Shown: positions 18,813 through 29,475, numbered from the stretch's first letter. The stretch: 64,000 bases of DNA from Bacteroidales bacterium (GCA_035531395.1 DATKTA010000032.1:146033-210032), one strand, 5' to 3'. Notes: generated from the letters alone by a model not told the origin. Translations and numbers: made by a program.

Positions 18813-20378
18813 TTAAGCTTCTTCAACAACTTTCCAGCCTGCTGTATCGGCTAAGGCAAACACCTGTTCCTTAAGATCGCCATAAAATGTCACCCTGTGC
18901 CACCCCCATGCCGACCATTGTCCGAAAAGCTTTTCAATATCACCGACCGGTTCAGCGCATATCTTAGTCCTGCATGCCCTGTCGTCAGGATCATTTCCAA
19001 CAGCTTTTGCCTGGTGAAATAGTATCTCTTTTTTCGATGCATCAACTTCCAGGGATGTAGTCATATAATCAACCGGGAGTATTGATCTTACCGATGCTCC
19101 CTGCCTGTCTTCCGAGTGAGTCATTATTGTGAAAGGATTAACAGGGCCATCGGGTCCAAAAGCTTTATTGGAAGCAACACAATGGGCATAAATAATCTGA
19201 CGTTTCGAAGTGTCAATAACAGGATCGGAAATATATCCGGGACGACCTGTCATGTTGGTGAATGTTACCATTGTTGCGGTTGATCTCACATCAGCTTCGC
19301 ATGCTCCTATCAGTCCTTCATTAAGCAGCTCATGAAATCCCAGGCAGGGATAAGCCTGTATGTGACCTCCGTAAAAACCACCAAGGCAATTTACTGTTAT
19401 GGCATTGGCATTGTGGTTTTTAAGTACTGATTTCATGCCAAGATACATTGCGGCTGATGTCTGAAGTGTACCCGGAGAAACATCTGTTATCGAGGAAGAG
19501 TTTTTCTGCCATTTCTCTACAATTCTTTGAGCTTCATAGGGATTAGCAGTTTCCCAGGCTTTATTTAACTCGGCAAAAGTTATATACTCAACCGGTATGC
19601 CCAGGATAGGATCAGCGGTACCTGTTTTCTGATCGCGTGCGACAAGTATCCTTGATTCCTTGTTATTTTTCAGGCACTGTTCTGCACTTGCTGCTTTAAG
19701 GTTATCAGCCTTGCAGGTCATATTCCCTGGAAGAGGTGTGGCTTTCAACCTTGCATTTTTTGTTGCTGCTGCAAATTCGACAGCAGTACCTCCCTTGCTG
19801 ATAATATCAAAACATCTGACTGCTCCCAGAAGATCGTGAGTGCGGGATGAGGCAACAAATCCGACATTTGGAGTTTTATCTCTGAGGAATGTTGAAGTAT
19901 ATACCAGGAAGCCTCCGCTTCCCCCGAACTGGAAATCTACATAAAGAACCGGTTTCCCTGTTTTTGCAGCTGTCTGAACTACCTGATTCCAGCAGTTCAT
20001 CTGAAAAACAATATACCCGTCGATATTTTCCTTTGCATCATCTGCAATAATTTTTTCTGCATCTTCCTGTCCGGTAGCCAGTGATGAGAAGAAATCATAT
20101 TCAGGGAATTGATTTGTAAGGGTTGTATTTGTCAATTCCATAAAAGGGGCAAAATCAAATCCAACATTCGGCCAGTCAGGTTTTGTCTGCTGAAGAGCAT
20201 GAAGCGAATATATATTTCTGATCTTAAGCCTTTTATTGGCTCCTGGAGCTGGAGCCGCAGAGAGGAATGAAACAGGTTTTAGTGCGAAGCATGCTCCGCA
20301 GGCAGCACATGCAGAAATAAAGCCACGCCTTGATGTAAAGGCTGTTTTTTTGGGTGAAGAAATGATCTCATGTTTCAT
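18813..20378 (-). CDS. L-fucose/L-arabinose-isomerase-like protein with a twin-arginine leader
   Basis: Leader TSRRGFISACAACGACFAL...AAPAPG. The C-terminal half has VNCLGG, YPCLGFHELLNEGLIGACEADV and HRVTFYGD blocks, which resemble the FucI/AraA family. Confidence 0.6.
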   Translation of the reverse strand: MKHEIISSPKKTAFTSRRGFISACAACGACFALKPVSFLSAAPAPGANKRLKIRNIYSLHALQQTKPDWPNVGFDFAPFMELTNTTLTNQFPEYDFFSSLATGQEDAEKIIADDAKENIDGYIVFQMNCWNQVVQTAAKTGKPVLYVDFQFGGSGGFLVYTSTFLRDKTPNVGFVASSRTHDLLGAVRCFDIISKGGTAVEFAAATKNARLKATPLPGNMTCKADNLKAASAEQCLKNNKESRILVARDQKTGTADPILGIPVEYITFAELNKAWETANPYEAQRIVEKWQKNSSSITDVSPGTLQTSAAMYLGMKSVLKNHNANAITVNCLGGFYGGHIQAYPCLGFHELLNEGLIGACEADVRSTATMVTFTNMTGRPGYISDPVIDTSKRQIIYAHCVASNKAFGPDGPVNPFTIMTHSEDRQGASVRSILPVDYMTTSLEVDASKKEILFHQAKAVGNDPDDRACRTKICAEPVGDIEKLFGQWSAWGWHRVTFYGDLKEQVFALADTAGWKVVEEA

Positions 20379-20447
20379 AGTTATGCAGGTTGATATGATT
20401 ATCAGTCACTAATTTAAGTAATCCTGATGACATAAGGATACAAAGAA

Positions 20448-22334
20448 TCATTCCAGGACATGAATTATTACTCCTGAAGCATTGTTTTTATCGTGATATA
20501 TCCTCTGGGTTGCTTTCTGAAAGTCATTTTCACCGGCATGGTATATATCTAAGAATTTCTGAGGATTCAGGTCAACGAGCGGGAACCAGGAGCTCTGAAC
20601 CTGTATCATAATGCGGTGTCCCTTCCTGAAGCAGTGTGAAACATCAGGGAGAGGATACTTTACTTTTGTTAGAACGCCGGGGTCAAATGGCTCAGGTTTC
20701 TCATAGCTGTTCCTGAATTTTCCCCTCATCACCTCCGCTCTCACAAGCATCTGGTATCCTCCGAGAACGCACGATTCCTTACCGGAAACCGGGCCATCAT
20801 AGTTATCAGGAAAAACATCGATCAGCTTGACTATCCAGTCGGCATCAGTGCCTGTTGTAGAAACCATCAGGTCTGCAATTATCGGTCCTGCAAGAACTAT
20901 GTCATTTTCAAGGATATCTGTCTGATAGACCATCACATCAGGTCTTCTTGATGCAAACCTCTGGTCGTTGCGCATGTACTCACGTGTTCTTACAAGATGA
21001 ATTCCATCATCATATGGTACCGGCTTTGAAGGGTCACTGATATACTCATCATAACTCTCCTGCTCCTTCGGGACGCTAAAAGAGAGGAGTCCATCCTTTT
21101 GCAGGTACAGGGTTTTTTCCCTGCTTTTTGCCGGAGGCCATGTTTCATACTTCCGCCAGGTGTCCGATCCTGTTTCAAATATCATTGCCTCAGAAGGGAT
21201 GGTGGCAGGTTTATTGTTGAGGTATTTCTCGAAAAAAGGGAATTCTATATTTTCCTGGTACCATGTTGCCGTGTTTTTCTCAGGGTTGATGTCGCAGAAT
21301 ATCTCATGGGCATTACCATACCATCCACCTGTTCCTCCTGACCAACCTCCATGATACCATGGTCCCATGGTAAGATAGTTGTCATTTCCCCTGTTCTGTT
21401 TTTCCAGGGCTTCGTAGGTGTGCAGTGCACCCCAGCAATCCTCGGCATCAAAAAATCCTCCTACAACAAGTGTGGCAGGTTTGATATCATTAAGATGTGT
21501 CCGGATATTTCTGGCTTTCCAGAATTCGTCATAGGTATCATGTTTCATAAGTTCATTCCAGAATTTCATTGTATCTCCAAAATACTTCAGCTGAACATTT
21601 TTAAGAGGGCCCAGTTCGAGAAAGAATTTATAATTATCCTGTGTATAGTATTTGAATGGTTTGGGCCCTTTGTCAGGTGTAATTGGTTTTGGCCTCGGAG
21701 CGCCAAAAGAGGAATAAAACTGGAATGCATCCATTAGCATAAAGGCGCCATTATGATGGAAATCATCACCAATGAACCAATCAGTTACCGGAGCCTGCGG
21801 TGATACTGCCTTAACTGCGGGATGTGCCCCGGGAAGTGATGCTGAGGCATAAAATCCAGGATAGGAGATGCCATATAATCCGACATTCCCATTGTGGGAA
21901 TCAAGGTTGTTTAAAAGCCATTCAACAGTATCGTAGGTGTCGCTGCTTTCATCAATATCCTTTTTCCCTTTCTTATCAGGATTATGGGGCCGGATGTCAA
22001 CAAACTCTCCTTCGCTCATCCATCGGCCCCTTACATCCTGGTATACTATTATATATCCCTCTTTAACAAAAAGCATCGAGGGCACCAGGGCACGTGGATA
22101 CCTGTCTTCGCCATAAGGTGAGAGTGAGTAAGGAGTGCGGGTGATAATAATAGGATGTTTTTTCGATTTATCAATTGGTTCATAGATAGTTGTGAAAAGT
22201 TTAACACCATCACGCATCGGAATGTAGTGTTCCGATTTAATATAGTTCTTCTTTATAAATGAGGCCTTGTCTTCCTTCTGACCATAGGTGCAGAGGCTGG
22301 TGATAAGGAATATAAACAGGATTGTTTTTTTCAT
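20448..22334 (-). CDS. CocE/NonD-family serine hydrolase (S15 X-Pro dipeptidyl-peptidase / alpha-amino-acid ester hydrolase-like), secreted
   Basis: YIPMRDGVKLFTTIYEP, TRTPY, nucleophile block GISYPGFY, and a long C-terminal beta-sandwich region. Signal peptide present. Confidence 0.85.
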   Translation of the reverse strand: MKKTILFIFLITSLCTYGQKEDKASFIKKNYIKSEHYIPMRDGVKLFTTIYEPIDKSKKHPIIITRTPYSLSPYGEDRYPRALVPSMLFVKEGYIIVYQDVRGRWMSEGEFVDIRPHNPDKKGKKDIDESSDTYDTVEWLLNNLDSHNGNVGLYGISYPGFYASASLPGAHPAVKAVSPQAPVTDWFIGDDFHHNGAFMLMDAFQFYSSFGAPRPKPITPDKGPKPFKYYTQDNYKFFLELGPLKNVQLKYFGDTMKFWNELMKHDTYDEFWKARNIRTHLNDIKPATLVVGGFFDAEDCWGALHTYEALEKQNRGNDNYLTMGPWYHGGWSGGTGGWYGNAHEIFCDINPEKNTATWYQENIEFPFFEKYLNNKPATIPSEAMIFETGSDTWRKYETWPPAKSREKTLYLQKDGLLSFSVPKEQESYDEYISDPSKPVPYDDGIHLVRTREYMRNDQRFASRRPDVMVYQTDILENDIVLAGPIIADLMVSTTGTDADWIVKLIDVFPDNYDGPVSGKESCVLGGYQMLVRAEVMRGKFRNSYEKPEPFDPGVLTKVKYPLPDVSHCFRKGHRIMIQVQSSWFPLVDLNPQKFLDIYHAGENDFQKATQRIYHDKNNASGVIIHVLE

Positions 22335-22343
22335 ATCTGGGTT

Positions 22344-23624
22344 TTATTTTTTTTCATAAACAATCTCTTTCGACCCGGTTATTTTATTTCCTTCAGCAGT
22401 AATATTTGAACTGTTTTTACCAACAATAATTGCTGTTTTCTGATTCCCTTTCCCGGTGGAGCGGATTATGTTATTTTTGATTGTAATAGTATTTGTAACT
22501 CCTCCAATGTAGAAGCCTGCCGACTCTTTAGCAATTCCGTTATTCTCAATTGTATTGTCAGTGAAAATATTTCGATGTCCGGCATTCTGCTCATTCTCAT
22601 TTCTGAAGAGGACCCCATGATTTGCATTCTCATAAACATGATTATTTTCAAATATATTGTCAGTATCCTTATGCCCTATTGAAATGCCGTTGTCACGGTT
22701 TGAAAAGATAGTGTTGTTCCTGAAAACACCGTTCTGAACTCTCCAGCACAGGAATAATCCGTCACCTTTGTTGTGATGACTGATACAGTTCTCAACAGTC
22801 GATCTGTCTGATCCTGTCCCGGGATGAAAACCAAGACCGTCACCATTCGATGCTTCGCACCCTTTTAGTGAAATACCTTCAGTAACCTGCCAGCTGAATG
22901 AGTCGCCGTTGAATTCATTTACCTGAACATTCTCAACAAGGCAGTTCTTTGATTTATGAATATAAATACCTCCTCCGCGGCATCCGTTTATATAATCATT
23001 GGTTGCCTTATTGCCTTCTACAACCAGGTTAGTGATTATGACATTTTCTGCGCCAACTGCCTCAACAATTGAACATCCGTTTGAAACAACCCCATTCTGA
23101 GCAGCTATATAGTCATTTACTGTTCCGTTATCGAAATAGATAACATTCTCCCTGATATCTGTAATAATTGCTGTAGTAACTTCCCATCCATTTTTATTTG
23201 CATCATCAAAAAGTTCAATGCCCATACCTATCTTAAATCCACTGGCATCCTTAACTACAGCTTTCATCATTCCCCAGTCAGCGTCAATTATATAGCTGGT
23301 CCTGAAGCCGTTACATTTTCTGAGAATTGTTGATTTACCTGATCCTTTTAATATTATGTTATCCCAGAGTCTTACAGGTCCGGTTATATCATATGTTCCC
23401 GGATTAAGTTTTACGGTTCCTCCGCCTCGATACTTAACGGCATCGACTGCTATCTGAATGGCTACTGAGCTAAAACCAGGAATGTCGGCATCAGATCCTC
23501 CCACAGTAATAACTTTTTCAGCATACCTGGCATCCACAAGTCCTATTCCTTGTGTGAATGCTGTTCTGCATGAAAATAGTATCACAATAATTGATACACC
23601 TGACAACAATAATTTTCTTTTCAT
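22344..23624 (-). CDS. Right-handed parallel beta-helix repeat protein (pectate-lyase fold), secreted
   Basis: Repeated N-x-I/V-x-x-N...GI rungs (NNTIFSNRDNGISIGH, NNHVYENANHGVLF, DNTIENNGIA, NNIIRSTG). Signal peptide present. Confidence 0.8.
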   Translation of the reverse strand: MKRKLLLSGVSIIVILFSCRTAFTQGIGLVDARYAEKVITVGGSDADIPGFSSVAIQIAVDAVKYRGGGTVKLNPGTYDITGPVRLWDNIILKGSGKSTILRKCNGFRTSYIIDADWGMMKAVVKDASGFKIGMGIELFDDANKNGWEVTTAIITDIRENVIYFDNGTVNDYIAAQNGVVSNGCSIVEAVGAENVIITNLVVEGNKATNDYINGCRGGGIYIHKSKNCLVENVQVNEFNGDSFSWQVTEGISLKGCEASNGDGLGFHPGTGSDRSTVENCISHHNKGDGLFLCWRVQNGVFRNNTIFSNRDNGISIGHKDTDNIFENNHVYENANHGVLFRNENEQNAGHRNIFTDNTIENNGIAKESAGFYIGGVTNTITIKNNIIRSTGKGNQKTAIIVGKNSSNITAEGNKITGSKEIVYEKK

Positions 23625-23638
23625 AGTGATTTCTGTTT

Positions 23639-25567
23639 TTATTTTTTGTTGTATTTTTCAATCATATTCCCCATCATAATTCTCTTTTCATCCCACGCTT
23701 TAGCATTATAGCTCCATACATCAAGGTTGCCAATAGAATTTGGGCCGAAAGGGTTTTTGATTATGCTGTTTACCAGTGAATCAACCCTTTCAGTACTCCC
23801 GTCTGTTGCTGCCAGGAGCTTCATATACTCATATTCCTGTACTCCGTCACGCATGGCCTTCAGCCTTATTGAAGGACATGGTCCTGAGACATTGGGAATT
23901 ACTCCGGGTGCATAGATGAGCAAAGCACTTCCATTGATCTTTTTATAGGTGAATTCGGCTTCCTCTTCAGGTCTTGCTTTGGAGGCATCCTTCCATGATT
24001 CAGGATCGTACCATCCGTTCACCCAACCTGCACCGGCACCCCAGCTAAGCCAGGAAAAGGTGCGATACTTCCAGCAGCTCCAGCTTATTGCCCTGTCATT
24101 AACCAGTGGAAGATCAAGGATAGTGGAGCTGCCAACCCAGCTGTTGATCCTGCTCTCATATAGCATCGGACCATACAGCCAGACTTTTATGCCCATATCC
24201 TGGTACTTTTTTATTGTAGGGTAGTCATATTCAATAGTGTGGGATGCCCAGGATGAGATAGAATTTTTAACTATCTGAAGAGCTTCCTCAGTATAACCGC
24301 CATCAATTCTGAACAGAGCTTTGGGATAATATTCCCTGAACAAATCACCATAATAAACCATTCTGTTCCATGCTTCTGGAAAATAAGATTCATCAAGACC
24401 GTTCAGGTAAACAGTAATATCTGTTTTTGAAGGATCGATCACTTTACTGAAATGATTTCTGACCTGTTTTATACAATCAACATAAACTGCTCTGTTTTCA
24501 GGGTTTCTTTCCACATCGGGTGTACCTGTATCAGGCCATCCTTTGGTTCCGTGTTTTCCGTAAACGTCAAAAGGAAGCACGAATGTCTCAAGCGGTTCAC
24601 CATATCCTGGGCCATACGGGTAGCCATATTCACTGGTAAAAGCTTTGCCGGTGAAGTATTTTTCAAGACGTTTATCATGCGACTTCCAGTTTATCTCAGC
24701 TTTTCCGTTTTTCAGCATTATCATTTCAGGTTCATAAGTTGGATCAAGCATTACAATCCTGTTTCTCCTCAATAACTGGTAAATCTCCAGTTCTTGCTTT
24801 TCTGTCATGTTCTTTACAAATCCTTCATGTTGAAGAGCAGCTTTGAACCTGTTCTCATTTGGTAAGGCAAAATCCCAAATCTGTAAATTAAGCGGGATCT
24901 CTTTTGTTAATCCGTTTATATTTACAGAAATAGATGATGTGTAATTTCCGGGGGGAGCTTTCTCCTTATTAAAAGGTACATACTGATCGATCCATACTAT
25001 CATTGATTTCTGGTTGTCTATCCTGTTGTTAAAATCAGGCAGCCACAGCGGATATGTCCACCGCCTCCTGACGGCTGCAGAATCGTCCTGTATATAATTA
25101 AAAGGTATGAGTGCATCAGGATACCAACCGATGCCCAGTGAAGCAACAGAATAACCTGTACTTGGCGTTTTTACCTCAACCGCCCATTCAAGGAACAGTT
25201 CCGGTTTGATCTTTAGTTTCATATTATTTCCGGTGAATTCAGGTAAATAAATTCTGATATTATCAAGTGTTTTTCCGGATAGGTTGGTGATTACAACCTG
25301 AAATGAGATGTATTCACCCCTTGCAGCATGAAGGTTGACGTTTTTTCCGTCATAAATATGATTTTCCTTCAGCATATCTTTATGTTGTTCAGCATCATCC
25401 TTATGAATAATAAACCGGGTATCGATAATTTTACTGGTGGTTGGATCGAGCCTTACAGAGGATGGAAGAACCGATAAATTCCAGCTTTCTTTATTATTAG
25501 TATTATCAACGGGATTACATCCGTTTAAAAAAACGGGCAACAGAAACACCAGGTAAAGTCTTTTCAT
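23639..25567 (-). CDS. DUF4091 / GH123-like glycoside-hydrolase domain lipoprotein
   Basis: Lipobox FLNGC. IWDFALP block. Adjacent Asp-Glu pair in YLNGLDESYFPEAW, as in substrate-assisted hexosaminidases. Start at the internal Met (cat at 25565-25567). Confidence 0.6.
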   Translation of the reverse strand: MKRLYLVFLLPVFLNGCNPVDNTNNKESWNLSVLPSSVRLDPTTSKIIDTRFIIHKDDAEQHKDMLKENHIYDGKNVNLHAARGEYISFQVVITNLSGKTLDNIRIYLPEFTGNNMKLKIKPELFLEWAVEVKTPSTGYSVASLGIGWYPDALIPFNYIQDDSAAVRRRWTYPLWLPDFNNRIDNQKSMIVWIDQYVPFNKEKAPPGNYTSSISVNINGLTKEIPLNLQIWDFALPNENRFKAALQHEGFVKNMTEKQELEIYQLLRRNRIVMLDPTYEPEMIMLKNGKAEINWKSHDKRLEKYFTGKAFTSEYGYPYGPGYGEPLETFVLPFDVYGKHGTKGWPDTGTPDVERNPENRAVYVDCIKQVRNHFSKVIDPSKTDITVYLNGLDESYFPEAWNRMVYYGDLFREYYPKALFRIDGGYTEEALQIVKNSISSWASHTIEYDYPTIKKYQDMGIKVWLYGPMLYESRINSWVGSSTILDLPLVNDRAISWSCWKYRTFSWLSWGAGAGWVNGWYDPESWKDASKARPEEEAEFTYKKINGSALLIYAPGVIPNVSGPCPSIRLKAMRDGVQEYEYMKLLAATDGSTERVDSLVNSIIKNPFGPNSIGNLDVWSYNAKAWDEKRIMMGNMIEKYNKK

Positions 25568-25723
25568 GTTTCCAGGCTTTGATAATGAGTTTTTGGATAG
25601 CATATATACTTTAGCTTAAAAATAAGAATTAATATTGATACTTTCACCCTGAACTGAGATGTCCGAGCTGCTTAAATTGTATATTTATAGAGAATAAAGA
25701 ATTTTAATTCCTCATAAGTTCGT

Positions 25724-26776
25724 ATGAATTCAAAAGAGAGAGTTCTTGCTGCTGTAAACCATAAAGTACCTGATCGTGTTCCAATTACTTTTGATGCTGC
25801 TCCGGAAGTTTATGATGCTCTTTATAAGCTCTATGGGATATCTTCCAGGGAAGACCTTTTCAATTTACTTCATTGCGATACCTGGATGATTCTTCCGGGC
25901 AACTTCGTTTATACAAAGGAGGAGGAGAATAAAACGGAGAAGACAACTGTATGGGGACACAGGACAGTTGTAAAGGCCTATCCGGGAGGAACGTATGATG
26001 AAGTTAGTTACCACCCGCTTGCCGGAAAGGATGATATCACAGATCTGAAAAATTATAGCTGGCTTTCACCGGATATTTTCGATTTCTCTCATTTCAGGAG
26101 TGAGGCTGAATTACATTCATACAGGGCAATAATTGGTGTCTATACCTGGGGCCCGTATTTTATATCACTGTTTTTAAGGGGGCTTGAAAATCTAATGCTC
26201 GATTTTGCAATAAGAAAAGCTTATGTAGGGTACATGATAAATACTCTAACTGAAATCTCATTTGCAGCTCTTTCAAGGATGCTGGAATCACATGGTGAAG
26301 GGATTGATATTGTGTATATGGCTGATGATTATTGTTCACAGGACGGACCTATGTTCAGCCCGGAAGACTTCAGGGAAATGATTTTTCCTTATCTGAGAAA
26401 GATGGTTGATATAACTCATAAGCATAATAAAAAATTTCTCCTTCATGTTTGCGGCGCTGTACGTCCTTTGTTGCCAATGATAATAGATGCAGGAGTAGAC
26501 ATGCTTGAACCTCTTCAGATAAGGGCTGAAGGCATGGAACCTTCGGGATTAAAAAGGGATTTTGGAAAGGATATCTGCTTCTACGGTGGTGTTGATCTTC
26601 AACAAATCCTCTGCAGCGGAACACCCCGGCAGGTGTCTGATGAGGTTAAGAGACTTATTGATATTCTGAATGTTAATGGCGGTTACATTCTTGGTCCGGG
26701 GCATACTTATATTCAGATAGATACTCCTCTGGAAAACATAATTTCCATGTATGAAACAGCCTTCACTCACACCTGA
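25724..26776 (+). CDS. Uroporphyrinogen-decarboxylase-fold protein of the MtaA/CmuA-like branch
   Basis: N-terminus ERVLAAVNHKVPDRVPITFDA. HxC motif LLHVCG (His 26444-26446, Cys 26450-26452). No signal peptide. Confidence 0.75.
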   Translation: MNSKERVLAAVNHKVPDRVPITFDAAPEVYDALYKLYGISSREDLFNLLHCDTWMILPGNFVYTKEEENKTEKTTVWGHRTVVKAYPGGTYDEVSYHPLAGKDDITDLKNYSWLSPDIFDFSHFRSEAELHSYRAIIGVYTWGPYFISLFLRGLENLMLDFAIRKAYVGYMINTLTEISFAALSRMLESHGEGIDIVYMADDYCSQDGPMFSPEDFREMIFPYLRKMVDITHKHNKKFLLHVCGAVRPLLPMIIDAGVDMLEPLQIRAEGMEPSGLKRDFGKDICFYGGVDLQQILCSGTPRQVSDEVKRLIDILNVNGGYILGPGHTYIQIDTPLENIISMYETAFTHT

Positions 26777-26842
26777 AAAGGATAATATTTTACTTTTTAT
26801 TTTTACTATATTGTATCCTTTAAAAACCTTCAAGAATCAATA

Positions 26843-28132
26843 ATGACTTCAGGAAATAATCCCACAAACAGACCTGCCCAGGCAAAGTGGATGACTGTTG
26901 GAACAATAGGCCTCTTCTTCTTTATTTTTGGATTTGTAACATGGCTCAACGGTATTCTGATTCCATATCTGAAGATTAGTTGCGAACTGAACCATTTTGA
27001 ATCATACCTGGTGGCATTCTCATTCTATGTTGCTTATGTGATTATGGCAATTCCTGCCTCGTGGATTTTAAAACGTACAGGATTAAAATCGGGTATGATG
27101 TATGGCTTGTTCGTGATGGCTGCTGGAGCACTTTTATTTCTTCCGGCTGCAATGACAAGGACCTATGGCATGTTTCTGACCGGTCTCTTTGTGATGGGAA
27201 CAGGTCTGGCAATCCTGCAGACAGCAGCAAACCCTTATATTACACTTCTTGGTCCGATAGAGAGTGCCGCCCAGAGGATAAGTATTATGGGAATTTGCCA
27301 TAAATCGGCCGGGATAGTTGCCACATTCATATTTGGTGTTATGGCCCTCAGCGATGGCGATGCACTTCTTGCCAGACTTAAAAACATGGATGAGGTACAG
27401 AAAGCTACAACTCTTGATGAGCTGGCCTCCCGGGTTATCATACCCTACCTGGCTATGGCAGCAATACTTGTTCTGGTAGGATTATTTGTTAAGTATTCAG
27501 GTCTCCCGGAGATTGACCCCAATGATGAGAACAGTGAGGATGATGACAGTAACCATGCTTCAAGAACATCCATCTTCCAATATCCCTATCTTATATTCGG
27601 TGTTATTGCTATCTTCTGTGATGTTGGACTTGAAATTGTTGCAGGTGATACTATAATAAGTTATGGTATCAGCCAGGGTATTCCCGTTGCAATTGCTAAA
27701 CACTTTACTTCATTGACAATGGTGGCTATGATAATAGGTTATACCACCGGGGTTATTGTAATTCCTCGATATATTTCACAAAGCACTGCCCTGAGGATAT
27801 GTGCTATTGCAGGGATAATCCTGACTATCCTTGCATTATCAGTTCCAAAAGCAGCGTCAGTTGTGTTTATTGCTATGCTTGGAATGGCTAACTCCCTGAT
27901 ATGGCCTTCAGTATGGCCGCTTGCAATAGAGGGTCTTGGAAGGTTCACAAGGATCGGATCATCATTGCTAATAATGGGGAACCTTGGAGGTGCACTCGTC
28001 CCACTGCTGTACGGCAGACTGGCTGACATTATTAATCCACAAATGGCATATATTGTTGTAATTCCCTGTTATTTTTTCATATTATATTATGCAATATCAG
28101 GGCATAAAGTCGGAAAGAGGGTAAAAATTTAA
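26843..28132 (+). CDS. MFS sugar transporter (FucP/GluP family)
   Basis: About 12 TM helices. The FucP-type block GFVTWLNGILIPYLK sits near TM1. Confidence 0.85.
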   Translation: MTSGNNPTNRPAQAKWMTVGTIGLFFFIFGFVTWLNGILIPYLKISCELNHFESYLVAFSFYVAYVIMAIPASWILKRTGLKSGMMYGLFVMAAGALLFLPAAMTRTYGMFLTGLFVMGTGLAILQTAANPYITLLGPIESAAQRISIMGICHKSAGIVATFIFGVMALSDGDALLARLKNMDEVQKATTLDELASRVIIPYLAMAAILVLVGLFVKYSGLPEIDPNDENSEDDDSNHASRTSIFQYPYLIFGVIAIFCDVGLEIVAGDTIISYGISQGIPVAIAKHFTSLTMVAMIIGYTTGVIVIPRYISQSTALRICAIAGIILTILALSVPKAASVVFIAMLGMANSLIWPSVWPLAIEGLGRFTRIGSSLLIMGNLGGALVPLLYGRLADIINPQMAYIVVIPCYFFILYYAISGHKVGKRVKI

Positions 28133-28155
28133 TCATAGTATTAAAAATAGAAATT

Positions 28156-29463
28156 ATGGATAATTTTTCAAGAAGGCAGTTTATCAAGACAGGTACAATG
28201 GCTACCATTGGACTTGGGATACTATCCGATCCTGCTCATGCAACAGGTACTCCGGCTGAGACGGTAAGGATTGGTGTGATTGGGACAGGAAACCGTGGAA
28301 CATCACATGTAAGCAATCTTCTCACAATTGAGGGTGTGGAAGTTGCAGCTGTTTGCGATCTTGATGCAACCAGGGCTTCCAATGCGGCAAATAACTGTGT
28401 TAAAGCAGGCAGAAAGAAACCGGTTATTTATGTGAAGGATAAATTTACTTACAGGCAAATGCTGGAAAAAGAAAAGCTTGATGCTGTGATAATTGCCACA
28501 TACTGGGATTCGCATGCTCCGATAGCTCTGGAGGCGATGAATAACGGAACCTATCCCGGCATAGAGGTCCCTGCTTCTCTGACTGTTGAGAATACCTGGA
28601 AACTTATTGAGACTTCAGAAAAAACGGGAATCCCATGTATGATGCTCGAAAACTGGAGCTTCAGGCAGGATAACCTTGCTGCTTTGAACATGAAACGCCT
28701 TGGGATGTTTGGCGATATTGTACATTGCCATTGTGCCCACTCTCACGATTGTATCGATCACTGGTTCTTCGACAGCAAAACAGGTGATCGCCGGTGGTCG
28801 GCAGAATACCTCCTGAAGTATAACAGGGACCAATATCCTACTCATGCAGTTGGGCCAATCATCAGCTGGATGGATATCAACAGGGGAGATGTCTTTACTG
28901 AGATCTATTCAACAGCTTCAGCATCAAAGGGAATCAATGCCTATTTCAAAAGAAAGTTCGGAGAAGATCATCCCAATGCAAAGATTGAATGGAAGCAGGG
29001 AGATATTGTGACATCACTGCTTAAAACAAAAAAAGGAAATACTCTTGTAATTAATTATGATATGCAGCTGCCACGACCATATTCAAACAGGTGGATGCTT
29101 CAGGGTACAAAAGGAGTATATTATGAGGAGAAGAACGCTATCTCTCTTGTAACTAGTCCGCAATATCATGAATGGGAACCATGGAAACCATATGAAGAGA
29201 AATACAATCATAAATGGTGGAATGCCGATCTCTCCTCCCAGTCTCATGGAGGTACTGACTATGTAATGCTTTCCCAATTCATTGGTGCAGTAAAAGCAAA
29301 AGGACCAACCCCCATTGATGTTTATGATTCAGCTGTTATGACTGCTATAGTGGAGCTTTCAGGGATTTCAATAGAGAAAAATGCTCCTGTACCATTCCCT
29401 GATTTCACAAAAGGAAAGTGGGAAACAAACAAGCCCTATTTTGCAATGGATAAAAGCCTGTAA
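28156..29463 (+). CDS. Tat-exported Gfo/Idh/MocA oxidoreductase, GH109-like (NAD-dependent glycosidase family)
   Basis: Leader MDNFSRRQFIKTGTMATIGLGIL...AHA. VRIGVIGTGNRG Rossmann block. CMMLENWSF and YPTHAVGPIISWMDINRGD blocks, as I recall for GH109. Confidence 0.7.
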   Translation: MDNFSRRQFIKTGTMATIGLGILSDPAHATGTPAETVRIGVIGTGNRGTSHVSNLLTIEGVEVAAVCDLDATRASNAANNCVKAGRKKPVIYVKDKFTYRQMLEKEKLDAVIIATYWDSHAPIALEAMNNGTYPGIEVPASLTVENTWKLIETSEKTGIPCMMLENWSFRQDNLAALNMKRLGMFGDIVHCHCAHSHDCIDHWFFDSKTGDRRWSAEYLLKYNRDQYPTHAVGPIISWMDINRGDVFTEIYSTASASKGINAYFKRKFGEDHPNAKIEWKQGDIVTSLLKTKKGNTLVINYDMQLPRPYSNRWMLQGTKGVYYEEKNAISLVTSPQYHEWEPWKPYEEKYNHKWWNADLSSQSHGGTDYVMLSQFIGAVKAKGPTPIDVYDSAVMTAIVELSGISIEKNAPVPFPDFTKGKWETNKPYFAMDKSL

Positions 29464-29475
29464 CAGGATATAAGA

